Shown here in pieces: positions 58,228 through 64,000 of a stretch of 64,000 nucleotides of DNA. The notes beneath the pieces are model-generated. The model saw only the letters and a list, made by a program, of their open reading frames with translations. It was not told the DNA's origin and searched no databases. How positions within the stretch are numbered: the first letter of the stretch is position 1; every line of letters starts with the position of its first letter. Origin of the DNA: an uncultured virus (IMG/VR IMGVR_UViG_3300007542_004333) (Duplodnaviria; Heunggongvirae; Uroviricota; Caudoviricetes); IMG/VR virus record IMGVR_UViG_3300007542_004333. One strand, written 5' to 3'. The position numbers and the translations under genes were made by a program.

Positions 58228-60234
58228 ATGGCACCACCAAGAAGATCGGGAAGAAATCCAGCTAATGCAGAGTCGCAGTTATTTAAAGCGTTAACAAGGC
58301 TTTTTTCTGGACCTATTATTAGTTATCGCTCACAGTCAGGGCGAAGAATAAGAAGACAGCATCTTGACAAATATAGTTCAAGATTTAAATCTGCTTCAGG
58401 GCAACAATTTAAAAAATCTCTCTATAACCCATTAGATGTTGTTGCAACAGATGCAATCGCAAACCAACGTAGGACGGAAAGATACGTTGATTTTGATCAA
58501 ATGGAATACACTCCAGAAATTGCTTCTACTCTTGATATTTACGCAGACGAAATGACAACATATACTGAACTTCGTCCAATGCTAAACATTAAATGTTCTA
58601 ACGAAGAAATCAAAGCAGTATTGCACATTCTTTTTGATCAGGTGCTAAACATCCAATACAACTTGTTTGGTTGGTCTAGAACAATGTGCAAGTATGGCGA
58701 TTTCTTTCTTTATCTTGATCTTGACGATAATTATGGAGTTAAATCTGTAATCGCTTTGCCCCCACAAGAGATTGAGAGATTAGAAGGGCAAGACTCTACA
58801 AACCCAAATTACGTGCAGTACCAGTGGAACTCTGCGGGCATGACGTTTGAAAATTGGCAGATTTGTCATTTTAGAATTTTAGGAAATGATAAATACATTC
58901 CTTATGGTTCTTCTATTTTAGAGCCAGCGCGTCGTATCTGGCGTCAGCTTACATTAATGGAAGATTCTATGATGGCTTATCGTGTTGTTCGTTCTTCTGA
59001 ACGTCGCGTGTTTAAAATTGATGTTGGCGCGATTCCTCCACAAGATGTCGAACAATACATGGAGAAAATCGTAACACAGTTAAAGCGACATTCTGTTGTT
59101 AACCCAGACACAGGCAGAATAGATCTTCGCTACAACCCAATGTCTATTGAAGAAGATTATTTTATTCCTGTTCGTGCTGGTTCAGTTACAGACATTCAGT
59201 CTCTTGCTGGTGCCCAAAACATTACTGCTATTGATGATGTAAAGTATCTTCGCGACAAACTATTCTCTGCTCTTAAGATTCCGCAGTCTTATCTTACTAT
59301 GGGCGAAGGCGCGTCAGAAGATCAGTCAACTTTGGCTATGAAAGACATTCGCTTTGCTAGAACAATTCAAAGACTACAAAGAGTTATTATTTCCGAGCTA
59401 ACCAAAATTGGCATTATTCATCTTTACACTCTTGGATTTAGAGGCGACGATCTTTTAGGCTTTGAGTTATCGCTAAACAACCCTTCCAAGATTGCAGAAC
59501 TACAAGAGCTAGAGCACTGGAAGCAAAAGTTTGATATTGCCGCTGGTGCTACCGAAGGATATTTTTCTCGTCGTTGGGTTATGGAAAATATTTTTGGTAT
59601 GTCAAACGAAGAATTTATCCGTAACCAACGCGAAATGTTTTATGATCGTAAGCAAGATGCTGCACTACAAGCAGTCGCAGAAGAAGCAGCCGCTGGTGAC
59701 CTCGGTGGAGGTGGTGGACTAGACCTCGGTGGAGGTGGTGGCGAACTAGACCTCGGTGGAGGCGGCGGCGAACTAGACCTCGGTGGACCAGAAGAAACAC
59801 CAGCCGCACCAGAACCAGAGGCAGAGCCAGCAGGCGGCGGCGAAGAGTCACCATTACTCGCGGTCCCTCCAGGCTCGCGTAATACGCCTTATCTAACTCC
59901 AGGCGCAAAAGGTAAGTTATATTACCCTACCAAAGTTGATCGCAGATCTGGTGGTGGTCCTCGCAGTAGATCGCTGGCTGCTGTTGGTGGGGGACAAAAA
60001 GCAAGCTCAGGTGTTCGTAATGTATTCCCAGGAGCACCAGCAATAAACAACCTTGCTAAACCTATTCGTGCAAATGTTGGTATTTACGAGGAAGAGCAAT
60101 CTACTTATACTTTGAGAGAGCAAGTAGAGGAAGAACAACTTTTTGAAGTTAATCAATCTGTGCGCTCTTTGCTGGACAGTTTAAAAACAAAAGAAATCTT
60201 AACGGAGCAAAACAACAATGAAGACAAGGCATAA
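58228..60234 (+). CDS. Portal protein (T4 gp20-like) with Gly/Pro-rich C-terminal extension
   Basis: PEIASTLDIYADE, PYGSSILE, LMEDSMMAYR..R..ERRVFKIDVG, EDYFIPVR and DVKYLRDKLFSALKIP. Confidence 0.95.
   Translation: MAPPRRSGRNPANAESQLFKALTRLFSGPIISYRSQSGRRIRRQHLDKYSSRFKSASGQQFKKSLYNPLDVVATDAIANQRRTERYVDFDQMEYTPEIASTLDIYADEMTTYTELRPMLNIKCSNEEIKAVLHILFDQVLNIQYNLFGWSRTMCKYGDFFLYLDLDDNYGVKSVIALPPQEIERLEGQDSTNPNYVQYQWNSAGMTFENWQICHFRILGNDKYIPYGSSILEPARRIWRQLTLMEDSMMAYRVVRSSERRVFKIDVGAIPPQDVEQYMEKIVTQLKRHSVVNPDTGRIDLRYNPMSIEEDYFIPVRAGSVTDIQSLAGAQNITAIDDVKYLRDKLFSALKIPQSYLTMGEGASEDQSTLAMKDIRFARTIQRLQRVIISELTKIGIIHLYTLGFRGDDLLGFELSLNNPSKIAELQELEHWKQKFDIAAGATEGYFSRRWVMENIFGMSNEEFIRNQREMFYDRKQDAALQAVAEEAAAGDLGGGGGLDLGGGGGELDLGGGGGELDLGGPEETPAAPEPEAEPAGGGEESPLLAVPPGSRNTPYLTPGAKGKLYYPTKVDRRSGGGPRSRSLAAVGGGQKASSGVRNVFPGAPAINNLAKPIRANVGIYEEEQSTYTLREQVEEEQLFEVNQSVRSLLDSLKTKEILTEQNNNEDKA
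59698..59787 (+). repeat. 24/27-bp coding tandem repeat (DLGGGGG[E]L)
   Basis: GACCTCGGTGGA recurs at 59698, 59722, 59749 and 59776. Confidence 0.9.
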
Positions 60235-61045
60235 CAAAAAAAGAAATACCGCGTTTGTCTATGAAGCGTTAATTCGTGAAGCAACTGTTGCTATCATGAA
60301 GGGCGACACAGAACGAAGAGATAAAACAATTTCAGTTATTAAAAAGCATTTTAACTCTGATAGCCTTTTATCAGAAGATTTAGAGTGTTATCGTTCTTTG
60401 TATAGCAATCAGGGTATTGAGCAAGAAATGGGCGAAAGACTGATTAAAGAAGTTCGTTTAGCTAAAAGACTAATAGACACACAAGGTTTGTTTAACCAAC
60501 AAACAGAATTAATCAACGACATTAACAAAGAACTATCCTCAGATATTTTCAATAACTTTGTGCCCAATTATAAAAGTCTTGCCACCATTGATCAGATTTT
60601 CTCGTTAAAAACAACTCCAAAAACACGAGTAATGTTAGAGCAGAACATTATTCAGCAAATGTCTAAAAGCACTCCAAACGCTGAGCAAGCGCAGATCGAT
60701 GCTTTAACTTATAAAAGTTTCGTTAAGAAATTTAATGAGAAATACGACGATGCTCTTTTGTCAGAACAAAAAGAACTATTAAATCATTACATTTCTTCTT
60801 TTGCTGATAATGCATTAGAACTTAAGATTTTCTTGAATAAAGAAATCAAAAGATTAAAAACAAAACTAACAGAAGCTTGCAAAAACTCTGAGATAAAAGA
60901 CGACAATGATATGGTTCAAAAAACAGAACAAATCATTAGCAGATTAGATAGCTTCTCAAGACAAACCATTAACGAAAATGTTTTAATGACAGTTTTAGCA
61001 ACACAAGCATTAGTTGGGGAGATTGATAATGGCGATAACGATTAG
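60218..61045 (+). CDS. Hypothetical helical protein following portal (head assembly candidate)
   Basis: HNKKRNT...FVPNYKSLATI...KFNEKY; located in the head module. Confidence 0.55.
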   Translation: MKTRHNKKRNTAFVYEALIREATVAIMKGDTERRDKTISVIKKHFNSDSLLSEDLECYRSLYSNQGIEQEMGERLIKEVRLAKRLIDTQGLFNQQTELINDINKELSSDIFNNFVPNYKSLATIDQIFSLKTTPKTRVMLEQNIIQQMSKSTPNAEQAQIDALTYKSFVKKFNEKYDDALLSEQKELLNHYISSFADNALELKIFLNKEIKRLKTKLTEACKNSEIKDDNDMVQKTEQIISRLDSFSRQTINENVLMTVLATQALVGEIDNGDND

Positions 61046-61568
61046 AGTTGGAGATAAAGCCAACAGAAAACTAGTCACCCTTGAAATGAATGTTCGTAAA
61101 TCGTTAGACGGAAGTTTGATGATTTTAGATCACGGTGACATTGATATTATTCTTTCGTTAAACGAAAGCAAGATTATTGCGTTTCCAAAAGAAATTGCTT
61201 CTGATTATGTGTATGGCGCACAAAACAGATTGTTTACTTTTCTTCGCAAAAGAGGAATTGTTATTCCAGAGTCAATTAAAGCTGGATCTTTTTACGGCTC
61301 TTTTGAAGCAAAAATGCAAACTCCAAAAGATGAAAAAACATCTGCTGCCAAACTAGCACTTGTAAACATTTCTAATTTCATCACAGAAGAGCGTCCTTAT
61401 TTTGAAGCAATGGAAGCTTATGTTGCTATTACTGATGATGAGCTAACCAATCCAGATAAAGAAGATTCTACTGAGCTTGGCGAAGTCCCACAAGCAGTCA
61501 AGCAAGGATCTATCCGAAAAGGTTTTGTTAGAGATCCTTATGCAATGAACTATCTATATACATTATAG
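61029..61568 (+). CDS. Hypothetical protein
   Basis: ATG 61029 after GGAG; coupled to the upstream gene. Confidence 0.55.
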   Translation: MAITIRVGDKANRKLVTLEMNVRKSLDGSLMILDHGDIDIILSLNESKIIAFPKEIASDYVYGAQNRLFTFLRKRGIVIPESIKAGSFYGSFEAKMQTPKDEKTSAAKLALVNISNFITEERPYFEAMEAYVAITDDELTNPDKEDSTELGEVPQAVKQGSIRKGFVRDPYAMNYLYTL

Positions 61569-61578
61569 GAGCAAATAA

Positions 61579-62037
61579 ATGTCTAAGCACATGAAACTTA
61601 TAATGGAAAATTGGGATAAGTTTCTTATACAAGAAGCACCTCTAGAAACGGTTGGAGATTTAAGAAAACTAATCAAAACTCACCGCGCTATGGAAGCAGG
61701 GCAAGAGTTGGGTAAGAAGGCAGCAGAGGCAGCAATAGAACAGATACCAGTTGTTAGTAATATCTTCTCTCTTTGGAAGGGTGCGAAAGATGCTAAAGAA
61801 ATTGTTGGAAAGCTATATGGTGCCGAAGACTCATTCAAATCAGCAACAGGGTTAGATAAGTTAAACGTTGATGATGATGTTTCCAAAATTGTTGATGATC
61901 CCATCGAAGTTGCTTTTATTAATGATCTTATGAAAACCATAGAAGACATGGATGATCTTGCCCCAATTCCAGATGTAAATGCTGAGCTTCAGAAATTCTT
62001 GGCTAGTAAATTTAATTCAAATCAGGTAAAGAAATGA
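61579..62037 (+). CDS. Hypothetical protein with MKLIMENWDKFLIQE leader
   Basis: Leader matches that of 47426. Confidence 0.6.
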   Translation: MSKHMKLIMENWDKFLIQEAPLETVGDLRKLIKTHRAMEAGQELGKKAAEAAIEQIPVVSNIFSLWKGAKDAKEIVGKLYGAEDSFKSATGLDKLNVDDDVSKIVDDPIEVAFINDLMKTIEDMDDLAPIPDVNAELQKFLASKFNSNQVKK

Positions 62038-62378
62038 TAGAACTAATATTATTCGCCTTAATCGCCTACGGACTAACGCAGATTTTAGTTTATAGCGACA
62101 TGCCTTTGTTAAAAAGATTGCGACCAGAAAAGCAATCATATAAAGGTTATGGAAAAGTATTTCATTGTCCTATGTGCATGGGTTTTCACGTTGGATGGAT
62201 TTTAATGTTGCTTTCTCCAATGACGCAACTATTTAATTTTGAAGTTAGTTTAGTAAACGCACTTTTACTTGGCTCACTTTCCTCTGGAACATCTTATGCT
62301 CTTAGCATGGTATTTGGTGATCAAGGAATTCAAATAGCGCAAAACATGAGGATTGGAAATGAAGATCACGAAGAGTAG
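62034..62378 (+). CDS. DUF1360-like membrane protein
   Basis: Hydrophobic helices flanking CPMCMGFHVG. Confidence 0.55.
   Translation: MIELILFALIAYGLTQILVYSDMPLLKRLRPEKQSYKGYGKVFHCPMCMGFHVGWILMLLSPMTQLFNFEVSLVNALLLGSLSSGTSYALSMVFGDQGIQIAQNMRIGNEDHEE
62228..62237 (+). promoter_or_regulatory. Candidate late-promoter motif ACTATTTAAT
   Basis: Identical to the 42183 motif; about 120 nt upstream of leader-bearing ORF 62359. Confidence 0.35.
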
Positions 62379-62664
62379 ATTAAAAGAAATTATTCTTGAA
62401 GAGTTGGCAAACGATCAAACTGCTGATCCTACAAAGCTAGCTACTCAAACCGCCAGTGCTTCTCAAAGAAGAAAAGATGCTTTATCTAGAATTTCTGACA
62501 CTGAAAAAGAATTAACTGGTCAAGAGACTGGACTTATTAATCAAATTGAAAAATATATCTCCGATTTAGCATCAAGGCCAGGGATTGATTTGTCCCAGCA
62601 CAAAACTATGCTAGAAAGAATTCTTAAAATGTTAGAGCAAAATATTGGTTCTAAAGCCAAATAA
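62359..62664 (+). CDS. Hypothetical protein with MKITKSRLKEIILEE leader
   Basis: Shared leader; ATG 62359 after GAGG. Confidence 0.6.
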   Translation: MKITKSRLKEIILEELANDQTADPTKLATQTASASQRRKDALSRISDTEKELTGQETGLINQIEKYISDLASRPGIDLSQHKTMLERILKMLEQNIGSKAK

Positions 62665-62675
62665 GGAGATGAACA

Positions 62676-62777
62676 ATGAACGACATGATAATCAATAGAT
62701 GGAAGCTACAACCTGTTCGTCGCTGCAAAAGCGGCTGTATATTCGTGCAGGGTGAGCCTGCTATTTTTAGGATTTAA
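62676..62777 (+). CDS. 33-aa Cys-containing peptide (not in the ORF track)
   Basis: SD TAAGGAG, then MNDMIINRWKLQPVRRCKSGCIFVQGEPAIFRI*; stop lies 2 nt before the protease ATG. Confidence 0.5.
   Translation: MNDMIINRWKLQPVRRCKSGCIFVQGEPAIFRI
62747..62768 (+). terminator. Short hairpin plus T-tract (possible intrinsic terminator/attenuator)
   Basis: GCAGG-GTGAG-CCTGC followed by TATTTTT. Confidence 0.4.
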
Positions 62778-62779
62778 TT

Positions 62780-63385
62780 ATGAGTCAGAAATTATTAAGA
62801 GAATTTTATGCTCTTTGCGAGAGCGGAATATGCAAAGACCTTCTTACTGAAGAAGAAAAGCGATTTGTTGCTAATGGTGGTATGATCCTTAGTGGCAAAC
62901 TACAAGAAGCAGATGTCCGCAATGGTAACGGTCGAGTTTACCCTTATCGTGTTCTCCAAAGAGAAATGAAGAACTACCAAAAACTTGTAAAAGAAAATAG
63001 AGCTTTAGGTGAATTAGACCACCCAGAAGATTCAGTTATTAATTTAAAGAACGCTTCTCACATGATTACAGAAGTCTGGTGGGATGGCAAAGCTGTTATG
63101 GGTAAAGCAAAAATTTTAGAAACTCCTTCTGGTAAAATTCTACGTTCTCTTGTGGAGTCTGGCGTTACTCTTGGTATTTCTTCAAGAGGCATGGGTTCAG
63201 TTAGAGAATCAAATGGTCAAACTATGGTTGAAGACGACTTCCAACTTATTTGTTTTGACTTTGTTTCTGAGCCTTCTACCCCTGGCGCTTTTATGATGAA
63301 AGAAGCCAAAGAACATAACATCAACGTATTTACAAAAGCAGATAAAATCAATCGCTTAATTAATCAGGTATTAGAAGATGAGTAG
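62780..63385 (+). CDS. Prohead core protease (T4 gp21-like)
   Basis: NGNGRVYP, ALGELDHP, ETPSG, LGISSRGMGS and FDFVSEPSTPGA. Confidence 0.93.
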   Translation: MSQKLLREFYALCESGICKDLLTEEEKRFVANGGMILSGKLQEADVRNGNGRVYPYRVLQREMKNYQKLVKENRALGELDHPEDSVINLKNASHMITEVWWDGKAVMGKAKILETPSGKILRSLVESGVTLGISSRGMGSVRESNGQTMVEDDFQLICFDFVSEPSTPGAFMMKEAKEHNINVFTKADKINRLINQVLEDE

Positions 63386-64000
63386 TTGGTCAAGCTTTAA
63401 AAACGATAAAGTTATAGTGGATAAATGGCGTAGCTTTTTACAAGAGCGACAATATTCTCAAAAAGAGATAGATGATCTCAGTAATGTATTAGTTCCAGCT
63501 TTGCAAAATTACGCCGCCGCGCCACGAAAACAAAGAGAAAAAATGTTAAATCAAATCGATCAATACATCGAAATGCTTAAAAACAAAGGTGTCCCAGAGG
63601 AAGCTGTCGCAGCGGCTATTGAGGACGCCGAAGAAGAAGTGGAAGATCAACAAAAAGATGTATACATTTTCCGTGGGAAAAGAGGCAAAGGAATCCAATC
63701 ACAATTAGCCAAAGCTGGTATCGATAGCAAAACTTTAAATACAATCTTAAAAGCGTTGGCTACGGACTTGAAGAATGCTGGCTTCAATGTTTTGGAAGAA
63801 AAGAAATCTAGAAGAATTATTGATGCTCCAGAAACCATTAAAGCTTTATCTAATATACCAAAGGGACCAGATAGAGACAAGATTATAAGAGTTATTGTAA
63901 AACTCCTAAGAAACAATAAAATCAAATTAAATCCAGAATCTAGCAAAGCTTTGGGTGCGTCTTCTGCACAACAAGCACAAATAGCGTCAACAGCAGGAAC
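63378..64000 (+). CDS. Hypothetical protein, truncated by the window end, with DKWRSFLQE leader variant
   Basis: ATG 63378 overlaps the protease stop; MSSWSSFKNDKVIVDKWRSFLQERQY... stays open to the window end. Confidence 0.6.
   Translation, partial: MSSWSSFKNDKVIVDKWRSFLQERQYSQKEIDDLSNVLVPALQNYAAAPRKQREKMLNQIDQYIEMLKNKGVPEEAVAAAIEDAEEEVEDQQKDVYIFRGKRGKGIQSQLAKAGIDSKTLNTILKALATDLKNAGFNVLEEKKSRRIIDAPETIKALSNIPKGPDRDKIIRVIVKLLRNNKIKLNPESSKALGASSAQQAQIASTAG

Noticed and set aside
1..64000. Short minus-strand and nested ORFs in the track
   Set aside because: All overlap longer + strand genes that have recognisable motifs or tight operon packing, and none shows a protein motif.
1..64000. Stop-codon reassignment, introns/inteins, tRNAs
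   Set aside because: Core genes (TerL, portal, primase, protease) are intact at normal length in the standard code, and TAA, TAG and TGA all end genes. No intein motifs or tRNA cloverleaf were seen, and intergenic gaps are mostly too short.

Overview
This is a 64-kb, gene-dense segment of a large T4-like (myovirus-type) phage genome; all credible genes lie on the + strand and use the standard genetic code. 1-11.4 kb is an AT-rich glycan and nucleotide-sugar island: glycosyltransferases, an NAD epimerase, a B12 radical SAM enzyme, a split TPP enzyme, RmlC, a ColD-like PLP dehydratase, split HldE, a HAD phosphatase and a cupin. 12-45.5 kb holds a gp55-like late sigma factor and a baseplate/tail module with an M15 peptidase-bearing protein, a gp5-like protein, gp25, gp6 and giant 2182-aa and 3027-aa proteins. 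45.5-52.6 kb encodes a RuvC-like resolvase, a fatty-acid hydroxylase family protein, primase and a fused Mre11-Rad50 (SbcD-SbcC). 52.6-64 kb carries a possible lysis cassette, TerL, portal and prohead protease. The most unusual signals are: (i) seven otherwise unrelated ORFs that share two types of N-terminal leader, most ending in an (L/I/M)xE site, suggesting a modular capsid-packaged cargo system; (ii) one such cargo with a GC-rich 23-aa LRR array that has a near-invariant framework and hypervariable exposed residues; (iii) strong [S/T]-[G/A/S]-S enrichment and mucin-like repeats in tail proteins of a phage with its own glycan pathway; (iv) an unannotated Cys-containing peptide ORF with attenuator-like hairpins just before the prohead protease. 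All function calls come from motif recognition by eye; no searches were run.
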